64,000 nt of DNA from Minisyncoccota bacterium (GCA_041664285.1 JBAYLA010000003.1:4684-68683); one strand, 5' to 3'; numbered from the stretch's first letter, positions 9,737 through 18,966 are shown. The notes: generated by a model from the letters alone, not told the origin. Made by a program: numbers and translations.

Positions 9737-9997
9737 TTATACTAAATTTAAACGTTTATTGCGATAGAAGAGCAAGATATCTATTGAGACCATTATACTA
9801 TTGAGAATATAAAGATAAATTACTGGATCAAAATTGTAAAAAATCTTATGTAAAATTCCCGAGATATAACCAAATAAAATTACCAATAAAAATAACAAGC
9901 TTTTTCCATTATTTTGTCGAGAAGTATAAGAACGATAAATAGAAAAAGGCCAAGCAAAACCGAAACCTAACAACATTCCAATTTCAAAAATAGACAT
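9737..9997 (-). CDS. Small PQ-loop/SemiSWEET-like membrane protein
   Basis: MSIFEIGMLLGFGFAWPFSIYRSY...GKSLLFL; three TMs. Confidence 0.6.
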   Translation of the reverse strand: MSIFEIGMLLGFGFAWPFSIYRSYTSRQNNGKSLLFLLVILFGYISGILHKIFYNFDPVIYLYILNSIMVSIDILLFYRNKRLNLV

Positions 9998-10077
9998 ATA
10001 TTTATTATAACATAACCTAGAGACAGGTTGTGCATTTGTCTAGGCTTCACACAAGTTTTTTGCTATACTTTATAGAT

Positions 10078-10563
10078 ATGAAAGATAAGAAATTTACACT
10101 TTTTCATTTATTTTGGGGGATTGTAGGATTATTAATTGCTCAAGCTTTTCTCTTTTGGTTTTGGCCTAATGCAAGTATAAATACAGGCTTGATTTTGATT
10201 TTTGGAATAGTGGGGGTGGGGATGAATATCTATGTGGCTATTGAAGCCATTGAAGAAGTGAGTAGTCGTTTAGAGATGCTCATTTTTTTATCTCTTATCG
10301 TTTTAGAATTTATTCTATTTTTCTCTTTTGAGTACTGGTTTCTTATTTTAGAACAACCAGCAAGTTTTCCTACACTGACGGCTGACTTTCTTAATCTTGT
10401 TTTACATAGTACTATGGTGTTTATTTTTAATCCGATTCATTTACCAGCAACCGCGGTTGGGAGTGCTCTTATCCTCATTAATACTCTTGGTACTTTAGGT
10501 CTTGTTTTATTTATTCTTCAAAATGTTTGGCAACTTCGTCCCGCTAATCCTGATTCTCTCTAA
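10078..10563 (+). CDS. Hypothetical multi-pass membrane protein
   Basis: Four to five hydrophobic segments; ATG at 10078 follows TGCTATACT extended -10. Confidence 0.6.
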   Translation: MKDKKFTLFHLFWGIVGLLIAQAFLFWFWPNASINTGLILIFGIVGVGMNIYVAIEAIEEVSSRLEMLIFLSLIVLEFILFFSFEYWFLILEQPASFPTLTADFLNLVLHSTMVFIFNPIHLPATAVGSALILINTLGTLGLVLFILQNVWQLRPANPDSL

Positions 10564-11174
10564 GTTATTTTTTGTTTTAGTGCTTGCAATTTTTTCAATA
10601 AAAATGGATGAATAATCTTTTCTTCATCGTGTTCAATGAATTCTTGGGTGGAAACTGCAAGCCCCGCTTGTTCATACTCAAAAGCTTTTTCCATAGCTTG
10701 ATATTTGTCTACTTGTCTGGCAAATGAAGATACTGAATCTTGTCCATTTTCAAATCTCATCCATAATTCAAAAATTATTTTCCCTTTCTCTCCTAGCTTT
10801 TCACAAATTCTAGTCATAGCCGAGAGTTCAAGCTCATGTTTTTCTTTTCTTAAAATTTCTTCATTTACATTAGTTTTAAGAATAGCCAAATCTCCAACTG
10901 CCGGGTCTGATTCCGGCCAGTCATGAATTTCTAACATATCTAAAAGTTCTTCTAGTTCTTTCGAAGAGAATTCTGTGAGAGAATCAATTTCAGAAATAAC
11001 TAAATTCCTAGTAGAGATAATGTGTTCTTGGACAGACTCAGGATTCTTTACATCCCTATTAACCCAGCCTGTTCTTTTTAAAGCTTGGAGATTTCTTATT
11101 ACATTAGGGGCAAGATTAGAATATTTTAACTTAAATTTATTTTTTGGGAATGGTTCCATGCGTAGCACTGGCAA
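10560..11174 (-). CDS. HD-domain hydrolase (YfbR/HDDC2-like nucleotidase)
   Basis: LKRTGW, ESVQEH, IHDWPE, GD, DKYQ motifs; true start may be ATG at 11159. Confidence 0.85.
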   Translation of the reverse strand: MPVLRMEPFPKNKFKLKYSNLAPNVIRNLQALKRTGWVNRDVKNPESVQEHIISTRNLVISEIDSLTEFSSKELEELLDMLEIHDWPESDPAVGDLAILKTNVNEEILRKEKHELELSAMTRICEKLGEKGKIIFELWMRFENGQDSVSSFARQVDKYQAMEKAFEYEQAGLAVSTQEFIEHDEEKIIHPFLLKKLQALKQKIT

Positions 11175-11179
11175 TAAGG

Positions 11180-12010
11180 TTATTTCAAATTTAGTTGTAA
11201 CTTGATTTTTTGAGCAATCTCGTCAGCCGTAAAATTAGCTTTAATTAAAAAATCATTGGCTCCCAAGGATAGGGCTTTTTTTCTATCCTCTTCCTCTCCC
11301 AAATTAGTAAGCATAATAACCGGTAAGTTTTTAATTGCGTTGTTTTGATGTGAACGAATTTTTTCTAGTATCTCAAAACCATTCATAGATGGTAAGATAA
11401 TATCCAATAAAACAATTAATGGAGCAAATTCTTCAATTTTTTTTATAACAACTGCTCCATCATCTACGATAAAAACATTAAAACCATCTATTTTTAATTT
11501 TTTTAACAAAATATTAGATAAAAATGAATCATCTTCAACTAATAAAACCTTAGTACCTTCATTTGACCCATCTTCTTTTTTTATATTTATATCTTCTGAT
11601 TTACTTAAAACACTACTGATTTCTTCTTTTTTTATATTTATATCTTCTGATTCACTTAAAACATTTTTGACTTTTTCCACAATCTCTTCTACATCAATCT
11701 GGGCCTTAATCATATAATCAATTGCTCCCAATTTTTTTATTTTTTCCAGTTCAACCGGCTGACCTGAATTAGAAATGATTATTATTGGAATTTTGTTGTT
11801 CTTTTTTTGCAAATTTTCCATAACTTCATAACCATTCATCTTCGGCATAATGATGTCAAGCAGAATTATATCCGGGTTCCATTCGTTAATTTTTGCTAAG
11901 CCATCTTCACCATTAACACTAATTTTTACGTCATAACCTACTTTAGTTAATTTTGCTGACAAGACATTAGCTAATACTTCCTCGTCTTCAATTATTAATA
12001 TTTTTTTCAT
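11180..12010 (-). CDS. Response regulator with two receiver domains, no output domain
   Basis: REC1 IIEDE...LLDIIMPKMNG; REC2 LVEDD...LLDIILPSMNG; linker contains SEDINIKKE twice. Confidence 0.9.
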   Translation of the reverse strand: MKKILIIEDEEVLANVLSAKLTKVGYDVKISVNGEDGLAKINEWNPDIILLDIIMPKMNGYEVMENLQKKNNKIPIIIISNSGQPVELEKIKKLGAIDYMIKAQIDVEEIVEKVKNVLSESEDINIKKEEISSVLSKSEDINIKKEDGSNEGTKVLLVEDDSFLSNILLKKLKIDGFNVFIVDDGAVVIKKIEEFAPLIVLLDIILPSMNGFEILEKIRSHQNNAIKNLPVIMLTNLGEEEDRKKALSLGANDFLIKANFTADEIAQKIKLQLNLK

Positions 12011-12040
12011 ATTTATTTATGTATATTATAAACTATTTTA

Positions 12041-14149
12041 TTAAATATTTCCAACAATAGGAATAAAAAAGTCTACTTCTGTGCCCTTACCTTCTTCGCT
12101 TTTCAAACTAATCGTGCCATTATGTTTTTCTATAATATTCTTAACTAAAAATAATCCCAATCCAGATCCTTCCGTTTCCAGCTTAATCGCATTAGCTGCT
12201 CTAAAAAACTTAGAAAACAACTTTGGTTGATCAGTGTCTGGGATACCCACTCCCTGATCTTTAATTTTAACATGCAAACTCTGCTTGTCAATTTCAGCAA
12301 GAATTTGAATTTTTCCGTATTCGGGAGTGTAATTTATGGCATTACTTAATAAATTTTGCATAACCATGACCATTCTTTCTTTATCTAAAGATATTTTTGG
12401 TAGTCCGGTGGGGATTTCAACATTTAACTCTTGATGATTTTTTGCCACCAAACTATCGATATTACTAATCGCTATATCTAAAACTTCTTTAAAATCAGAA
12501 ATTTCAAAATTAAATCCGAATCTGCCTTCTTCAATACGGGAAACATTTAATAAATCATTAACTAATCTAATTACTCTCTCATTGCTTATATATCCTTTAT
12601 TTAATAATTCTTGCTGTTCCGCGTTTAATTTTCCGGCATCACCTTCTAAAACCATCTTAATTCCCCACTTAATAGCTGACAGAGGGGTTCTTAGTTGATG
12701 GGCAGCTATGGAAATAAATTCTGACTTGATTTTATCAATTCCTTTTTCGCGAGTGGTGTCATAAAATATTTTCATCACGCCAATCTGCTCGTTATTAATA
12801 TCTAATACTTTAGCTGTAATAACTTTATAGGTAGATTCTCGTTGATTTTCTTTTATAGTAATTTCTTCATTTATAAAAATTTGTTCCTTGGTATTTTCCT
12901 TAATTTCCTTAATCTCATAATATTTTTTAATAACTGATTTAAAATTGGAAATGCTAAATTTATTGTCTGTAGCTATTTGTTTATCTAAATCGGCGTTACT
13001 TAAACCAAAAACCCTAGAAGCAGCCGGGTTAATTATATTGATTTTATAATGTTTATCTAAAACAATGATTGGGTCAGTAAAATTAGCAATAATAGCCATG
13101 GTTTTATTTTTTTCCTTTTCCATTTCTTCGCGAGCCTTGGTGTTGTCTTCTAAAATATTAAGTAAAGCTTTTTTTGATTCATCTAACTCTTTTATTTTAT
13201 TTTGTAGCTCTTCAGTTTTTTTACTTACTTTTTTTTCTAAATTTAAATTTAACTCTTCTAATTCCTTGGCTAACTTTTTAGTTTTTTCTTCTTTTATAAT
13301 TTCTTGATTAGCTGATTTAATTAAAAGATAGCCGATTATTATATAAAGTAAAAATATAATTGAACTAATTATTCGTGCCTGTCCGCCTTGAGTTAAAAAT
13401 ATTTGAATAAATAAAACTAAGCCGATTAACATCGTTAGTAGTTCTGTCAAAACCAACTTAATTTCAAATAAATTATTTTTTAAAATAGCATATGCTGTGA
13501 AAATTACTAAAAAAATAGATAAATAGGGGGTTAATTCATTAGAAATAGGGTTAACGGTGCGATCAAACACCGGCCAAATTCCGCTAAAAATTAAAGGGCC
13601 AATAGTTGATAATAATACTCCCCAAATAAAATATTTTATTTGCCATTTTTTAAAGCCAGATTCTTTATAATATGCTCTAACTAAATAATAAAGTCCCAAA
13701 CAAGAAATTAAAACTACGAAAGGTTTACCTAATAAAATATTTAAAGTTCCGGTGGTTTCAGAGTTAAGGTATGGATAATCCGGACTAACGGCAGTCATAA
13801 AATATGGTGTAGCTATAGCCATATAACTCATGAGTATTCCGGTTACGTTTAAAAAAATAATTTTTAACCTTATATACTTAACGTGATTAGTAAAATAATA
13901 AACAAAAATCAGATAATAAGCGCTAAGCATAAAGGCTCCTACCCAATGGGCTCTAGACCAAAATAATTTATTGCTGTTAGGGAAATATACAGCCGCCCAA
14001 CTAAAACACAATGAAGCATAAAAGAAAAAACACCAACCTAAATGAAACGTAGCTTTGTTTTTGCCTCCTCGCCATACTATATAAGCCGCTAGAATATTCA
14101 AAAGGGCGAGAATAAACATTATAATAGCTTTGATTTTTTCAATATCCAT
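12041..14149 (-). CDS. Membrane sensor histidine kinase (HisKA_7TM-like N-terminus, coiled coil, PAS, HisKA, HATPase)
   Basis: Multi-TM N-terminus; FISIAAHQLRTPL; NLLSNAINYT; DQGVGI; GSGLGL. Confidence 0.92.
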   Translation of the reverse strand: MDIEKIKAIIMFILALLNILAAYIVWRGGKNKATFHLGWCFFFYASLCFSWAAVYFPNSNKLFWSRAHWVGAFMLSAYYLIFVYYFTNHVKYIRLKIIFLNVTGILMSYMAIATPYFMTAVSPDYPYLNSETTGTLNILLGKPFVVLISCLGLYYLVRAYYKESGFKKWQIKYFIWGVLLSTIGPLIFSGIWPVFDRTVNPISNELTPYLSIFLVIFTAYAILKNNLFEIKLVLTELLTMLIGLVLFIQIFLTQGGQARIISSIIFLLYIIIGYLLIKSANQEIIKEEKTKKLAKELEELNLNLEKKVSKKTEELQNKIKELDESKKALLNILEDNTKAREEMEKEKNKTMAIIANFTDPIIVLDKHYKINIINPAASRVFGLSNADLDKQIATDNKFSISNFKSVIKKYYEIKEIKENTKEQIFINEEITIKENQRESTYKVITAKVLDINNEQIGVMKIFYDTTREKGIDKIKSEFISIAAHQLRTPLSAIKWGIKMVLEGDAGKLNAEQQELLNKGYISNERVIRLVNDLLNVSRIEEGRFGFNFEISDFKEVLDIAISNIDSLVAKNHQELNVEIPTGLPKISLDKERMVMVMQNLLSNAINYTPEYGKIQILAEIDKQSLHVKIKDQGVGIPDTDQPKLFSKFFRAANAIKLETEGSGLGLFLVKNIIEKHNGTISLKSEEGKGTEVDFFIPIVGNI

Positions 14150-14151
14150 GA

Positions 14152-14964
14152 CTATTTTTGATTATTTTCTGTCAATCTAGTAATTTCTTTTTTTAATTCT
14201 ATCATTTTTAATTCTCTGCCCACTACTTGTTTTTCGAATCTCTCTAGCTCAGCAACTTTATTATCTAATTCTTGATTGCTGGCAATTAATTTTTCACTAT
14301 GTTGGGCTAATTCTTTAGTTTGTTCGTTTAACTGCTGCCCTTTTTCTTTAAGTAATGCCTCTCGTTCAAATAATATTTTGGCGCTATAACCAGAAAATGA
14401 TCCAACGATGATATAAAAAATAGCTGTGGTTACTGTTTTTGTTAAAGCAATAGATAAATTTTGAAACTCAATAGTTGTTACGTCATAACGGGGGATATGG
14501 GCAATAATTCCGTAATATTCAGCTACAACTAATAAATTAATTAAAACACCAGCAACAATGGCGGTTACAATTGAGCCTCTGTACCCAAAAATTAACGAAG
14601 CGGAAACTACTGGCATAAAAAAGAAAACTGTAGAGATACTTTCAACTCCTCCGGCCGAATGCATAATTATGATAAAAAAAACCAACTCTAAAATAATCTG
14701 AACATAATTAATTAAAGTTAACAATCCTTTAGAAAAATTCTTTTGTACCTTCTTTATCGCAAAATATAATATTAAATTTATAACTCCAAAAATAATAAAT
14801 AATAAAACCATAGTGGCAAAAGGAAAGCCAACATTAGAGTGGCTGATAGTTTTAGTTAAAACACCGATTAACAAAACTGCAACCATATAAATCCAGCGAG
14901 TTTTAATAATCCACTCGCTAGTAGTGATTTTTCGTTCTAAGCTTCCGTTCACATCTTTTGACAT
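14152..14964 (-). CDS. Multi-TM sensor-like protein without catalytic domain, C-terminal coiled coil (GRELKMIELKKEI)
   Basis: About six TMs incl. SAGGVES motif typical of PilS-like sensor N-termini; protein ends in the coil. Confidence 0.75.
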   Translation of the reverse strand: MSKDVNGSLERKITTSEWIIKTRWIYMVAVLLIGVLTKTISHSNVGFPFATMVLLFIIFGVINLILYFAIKKVQKNFSKGLLTLINYVQIILELVFFIIIMHSAGGVESISTVFFFMPVVSASLIFGYRGSIVTAIVAGVLINLLVVAEYYGIIAHIPRYDVTTIEFQNLSIALTKTVTTAIFYIIVGSFSGYSAKILFEREALLKEKGQQLNEQTKELAQHSEKLIASNQELDNKVAELERFEKQVVGRELKMIELKKEITRLTENNQK

Positions 14965-14997
14965 AAAATTATTTTAGCTGTCAATTAATTTTAAAAT

Positions 14998-16560
14998 CTA
15001 AGTTTTATTAATTGGTAAAGTAAAGCTTACTTCTGTGCCTTTACCTTCTTCGCTTTTCAAACTAATCGTGCCATTATGTTTTTCTATAATATTCTTAACT
15101 AAAAATAATCCCAATCCAGATCCCTCTGTTTTCATCTTAATCGCATTGGATGCTCTAAAAAACTTAGAAAACATTTTAGGTTGATCTTCTTTAGGAATAC
15201 CTACTCCTTGATCTTTAATTTTGACATTAAGATACTGCTTATCAATTTCAATAATTATTTGAATTTTGCCATATTCTGGAGTGTATTTTATAGCATTACT
15301 TAATAAATTCTGCATAACCATGACCATTCTTTCTTTATCTAAAGATATTTTTGGTAGTCCGGTGGGGATTTCAACATTTAACTCTTGATGATTTTGGGTC
15401 ACTAGACTATCAACGTTGCTAACAGCTACATTTAAAATTTCCTGAAAATCAGTTTTCTCAAAATTAAATCCAAATCTGCCTTCTTCAATACGGGAAACAT
15501 TTAATAAATCATTAACTAACAGGATAATTCTTTCATTGCTTTGATACCCTTTATTGAGTAGTTCTTGCTGTTCGGCATTTAATTTGCCCATATCGCCATC
15601 CAATATCATTTTTATTATCCACTTAATAGCCGAGAGAGGTGTTCTTAATTGATGAGCGGCGATAGAAATGAATTCAGACTTCATTTTATCAATTGCTTTT
15701 TCACGTGTTGTGTCGTAAAAGATCTTCATTAATCCGAGATAATTTAGATTTTTATCCAAAACTTTAGAAGTAACAACTTTATAAACCCTTTCTTCGTTGT
15801 TATACGTAACAATAGCTTCTTCCAGTTTGGTGCCATCCGATTCCTCAATCAATTTTTCAACCGAGAATTTATTATGAATAATGTTGGCAAAATTATTCAA
15901 ACTAAAGTTATTGCTATCTAATATTTCAATACCCAGATCATTATCACTGATGTTTAAAATTTCTTTGGCTGAGGAATTAAATAGTGCTAGCTTGTGGTAA
16001 TTATTTAAAAAAATAATCGGGGTTGAAAAACTTGATACTAAAGCCATGGTCTTCTCTTTTTCTGTTTCAGCTTTTTTCTTTTCTTCGTTGACATCCTCCA
16101 GCATATTCAGCAAAGCTTTCTGAGATTTTTGTAGCTTTCCTTCACTTTCCTTAAAACTTGTAAGATCAAAAAAACTTATAAAAAAACCAATAATTTCTCC
16201 TTGTTGATTTTTTCGCAGTAAAGTAGAAACACCGACATAAATCTGATTTGTGTCTTTAGTTTTAAAAATAACCTCTAGAGAAGACAATGACCCTTTTTCG
16301 ATTGTTGTTTTGGTTATTTGTTCAACATCTGAATTGCTGAGAAGTTTTTTTAATGTCTCGCCAACAAGTTCTTCTGTTCCATATCCAGAAATTTTTTCTA
16401 TGGATGGATTTGTTTCTAAAATAATGCCCGTCGGACTAACCATGCATATTGGTAGAGGTAAAAAAGAAAATAAATCACGCGCGTAGCTTTCTAGTAATGT
16501 CAAATCATCCAGCATAATGGCAACTTTATCTTTTTCTGAAGTGAGGTTTTTTATTTCCAT
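14998..16560 (-). CDS. Cytoplasmic PAS-PAS histidine kinase
   Basis: No TM; PAS (NPSIEKISGYGTEELVG); ALLNMLED coil; AAHQLRTPL; NAIKYT; GSGLGL. Confidence 0.92.
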   Translation of the reverse strand: MEIKNLTSEKDKVAIMLDDLTLLESYARDLFSFLPLPICMVSPTGIILETNPSIEKISGYGTEELVGETLKKLLSNSDVEQITKTTIEKGSLSSLEVIFKTKDTNQIYVGVSTLLRKNQQGEIIGFFISFFDLTSFKESEGKLQKSQKALLNMLEDVNEEKKKAETEKEKTMALVSSFSTPIIFLNNYHKLALFNSSAKEILNISDNDLGIEILDSNNFSLNNFANIIHNKFSVEKLIEESDGTKLEEAIVTYNNEERVYKVVTSKVLDKNLNYLGLMKIFYDTTREKAIDKMKSEFISIAAHQLRTPLSAIKWIIKMILDGDMGKLNAEQQELLNKGYQSNERIILLVNDLLNVSRIEEGRFGFNFEKTDFQEILNVAVSNVDSLVTQNHQELNVEIPTGLPKISLDKERMVMVMQNLLSNAIKYTPEYGKIQIIIEIDKQYLNVKIKDQGVGIPKEDQPKMFSKFFRASNAIKMKTEGSGLGLFLVKNIIEKHNGTISLKSEEGKGTEVSFTLPINKT

Positions 16561-17162
16561 GTTACTTTATATTCATGATATTCATCTCCTCGGGAAAGAC
16601 ACTTTGTTTCTTCGAAATTGATTTCGTCGCTTTTAAATAACATATGAAAAAATCCACAAAAATAACTTCCTAGATACATACAGAAAATAGGATGTAATTC
16701 GTTGTTATTTTTTATTTGGAAAATTGAATATTTTTTTTCTTCATTAAGCTCTAAAGGGATAAGATCTCCTGAAGTATAATGTTTATGCCAAATTTTGGGG
16801 GCTTCTTCAAAAAATACCTTTTCCTTAGAAAGGAAATAATTAATAAACAATTTGAGCATTAGCGATGTTTTACTGGCAAACATTCCCATTTCTTTCATTT
16901 TTTTATCATCAAAAGAGAAAACTTTCTTTATAGCTAGCAGAGAAATAACACGTAAACCTATAGGATTAAAAGATAGTGTTTCAATTTTTTTATAATCAAT
17001 TGGACAACCAAGAGAAGCTAACTCTTCTTCTAACTTCTTTAATCCATCTTCACCCTTTTCTCTCAAAATATAGTTGCAGTCTGTTTTAAAAACTACCCCT
17101 CTAACTTCTCCCGGGGAAGCCATTAATTTATCAATCAATTCTTTATTTAATTCTTGGTTCAT
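16551..17162 (-). CDS. V4R/H-NOX-superfamily ligand-binding protein, paralog 1
   Basis: GEVRG N-terminus, HPIFC, ETKCLSRGDEYHEYKVTW V4R-like C-terminus. Confidence 0.65.
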   Translation of the reverse strand: MNQELNKELIDKLMASPGEVRGVVFKTDCNYILREKGEDGLKKLEEELASLGCPIDYKKIETLSFNPIGLRVISLLAIKKVFSFDDKKMKEMGMFASKTSLMLKLFINYFLSKEKVFFEEAPKIWHKHYTSGDLIPLELNEEKKYSIFQIKNNNELHPIFCMYLGSYFCGFFHMLFKSDEINFEETKCLSRGDEYHEYKVTWK

Positions 17163-17183
17163 AATAATATATTAGATTAATTT

Positions 17184-18053
17184 TTAATTTGTTGTATTAA
17201 TTTTAGCGTTTGTTATTTTTTTAATTTCTTCTTTTAATTCTACCATTTTCAATTCACGATCAACAGAAAGTTCTTGAAATCTTTTTAGGTCTTTCATTTT
17301 ATTTTCTAAGTCCTCAGTTCTTTTTTGTACTTGATTGTCTAAATTATTAGCTATATCTTGTAATTCTTTTGTTCTGGCGAGAACTCTTTCTTCTAGTACA
17401 GCTTTGGATTTTTCTAATTCGACTTTTGTTTTTTCTAACTCCCCGGTTCTTTTTCTAAGAATGTCGGTAAGACCACTGGTTGCAAGGCCGGACAAAATAA
17501 ACGTTACAAAAACAAAAGAAAGAGTGGCAACAACATATTTGGGATCTAGATAGAGATTTTCCCTGAATTGAGCAAAGGGAATATAGGGAATTATCTGAAA
17601 GTATTCCAAACAGGTCAATGCTCCGAACCACAAAAAAGCAACCAGGCTTACCAAAGTTCCTTTTATTTTATCTAAAACAATATTGCAATAAATAATAGTA
17701 AAAAGATAAAAAATAACTCCTATCCATACGATGCCACCATTAGCATAGATAATAATTGTTAAAAAAAATAATTCAAATATAGTAGAATAGACAAGATATA
17801 AATTGCTGATTCCTGAAACAGTTTCCATTTTCTTGACTAGGGTTTTAAAAATAAGAGCACTTATAATCCAAAAAAAGATAATTAGAACAGTAAGCCAAGT
17901 GTATTGAGAATGGGGGAAAAAATCTAGTGACCAAATAAGCAAAACGCCCAAAAAAAATGAGATAAGCGTTACAAGTCTTAGCTTTAATGTATATGCAGTT
18001 TTATCAAGAATGTCCCTTAACTCTGGGGTTTCGTCTAAAACTTTAATTGGCAT
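17184..18053 (-). CDS. Multi-TM sensor-like protein without catalytic domain, C-terminal coiled coil (DRELKMVELKEEI)
   Basis: About six TMs, LEERVLARTKEL and QVQKRTEDL S-helix-like repeats, ends in RELKM coil; paralog of 14152..14964. Confidence 0.75.
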   Translation of the reverse strand: MPIKVLDETPELRDILDKTAYTLKLRLVTLISFFLGVLLIWSLDFFPHSQYTWLTVLIIFFWIISALIFKTLVKKMETVSGISNLYLVYSTIFELFFLTIIIYANGGIVWIGVIFYLFTIIYCNIVLDKIKGTLVSLVAFLWFGALTCLEYFQIIPYIPFAQFRENLYLDPKYVVATLSFVFVTFILSGLATSGLTDILRKRTGELEKTKVELEKSKAVLEERVLARTKELQDIANNLDNQVQKRTEDLENKMKDLKRFQELSVDRELKMVELKEEIKKITNAKINTTN

Positions 18054-18068
18054 AAAATTTCTTGATGA

Positions 18069-18113
18069 ATTATTTTTATACTTCTATTTTAGCATATTTA
18101 AATAGGAATATAT
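18069..18113 (-). promoter_or_regulatory. Duplicated promoter-like element, copy 1
   Basis: Minus strand ATATATTCCTATTTAAATATGCTAAAATAGAAG with TGnTAAAAT extended -10; near-identical copy at 18749..18795. Confidence 0.6.
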
Positions 18114-18129
18114 ATTGAAAATTAATAAG

Positions 18130-18738
18130 CTACCATTTAATTAAAAATTGATGGTACTCATCTCCTCGGTGAACGCATTTTATCTCCTGACAATCTATTA
18201 TTGTCTTAGTGTCAGAAGCCAACTTTACTATATTTGAAAAATAACCACTAAGATGTAAGCAATGTATTGGGTGAAAATTAAAATTTTTAATGTCTACAAT
18301 TATATATTTTTTTTCCTCATTTATTTCTTCAACAACTAAATCACCAATCGTGTAATATTTTCTCCACATCTCAGGTGCCTTTTGGGCCAAAGAATTCATA
18401 GAGCCCATATAATATTGGAAAAATAATTTAATAATATAAGAAAGCTTAGAGCCTAAAATGCCAATTTCTTTCATTTTTTCATCACTAAAATTAAAAGTTT
18501 TCTTTATAACAAGTAATCCTATTATTTCTTGCCATATTGGGTAAAATTCCCACTTATTTAATTCTTTCTGTCCTCTTGTAACACCAAGACGGGCTACTGC
18601 TTCTTCAAACTTTTTTAACCCTTCTTTACCTTTTTCTTTAATAATAAAATCACTCTCGTTTATAAGAGCTATGCCTCTTACTTCACCCTTTTTGTTCATC
18701 AATTGACTTATTTCTTCTTGCAAAATTATTTCTTCCAT
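18130..18738 (-). CDS. V4R/H-NOX-superfamily ligand-binding protein, paralog 2
   Basis: KGEVRG, HPIHC, EIKCVHRGDEYHQFLIKW; clear paralog of 16551..17162. Confidence 0.65.
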   Translation of the reverse strand: MEEIILQEEISQLMNKKGEVRGIALINESDFIIKEKGKEGLKKFEEAVARLGVTRGQKELNKWEFYPIWQEIIGLLVIKKTFNFSDEKMKEIGILGSKLSYIIKLFFQYYMGSMNSLAQKAPEMWRKYYTIGDLVVEEINEEKKYIIVDIKNFNFHPIHCLHLSGYFSNIVKLASDTKTIIDCQEIKCVHRGDEYHQFLIKW

Positions 18739-18748
18739 ATAATTTAAA

Positions 18749-18795
18749 AATTATTCTTTATATTTCTATTTTAACATATTTTAATAGGAATATAT
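18749..18795 (-). promoter_or_regulatory. Duplicated promoter-like element, copy 2
   Basis: Minus strand ATATATTCCTATTAAAATATGTTAAAATAGAAA, just upstream of ATG 18738. Confidence 0.6.
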
Positions 18796-18811
18796 GGAGT
18801 TGCTTTCAATG

Positions 18812-18896
18812 CGGAGGCGGTGAGATTCGAACTCACGGTGCCTTGCGGCACTCCTGTTTTCAAGACAGGTGCACTAAACCACTATGCGACGCCTCC
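18812..18896 (-). tRNA. tRNA-Ser(TGA)
   Basis: GGAGGCG acceptor, anticodon arm CCTGT-CTTGAAA-ACAGG, long variable arm GTGCC-GCAA-GGCAC, discriminator G. Confidence 0.95.
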
Positions 18897-18942
18897 GTTT
18901 ATTTAATTTTTACCGAGCTTAGTTAATCCAGAGACCTCATTG

Positions 18943-18966
18943 TACTAAATACTATGCGACGCCTCC
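18943..18966 (-). repeat. Duplicated 5' fragment of tRNA-Ser
   Basis: ACTATGCGACGCCTCC (16 bp) identical at 18881..18896 and 18951..18966; similarity extends into the D arm. Confidence 0.8.

Noticed and set aside
9126-18896. Integrative element bounded by tRNA-Arg and tRNA-Ser
   Set aside because: No integrase and no duplicated tRNA 3' end was found; only a local 5' fragment duplication exists
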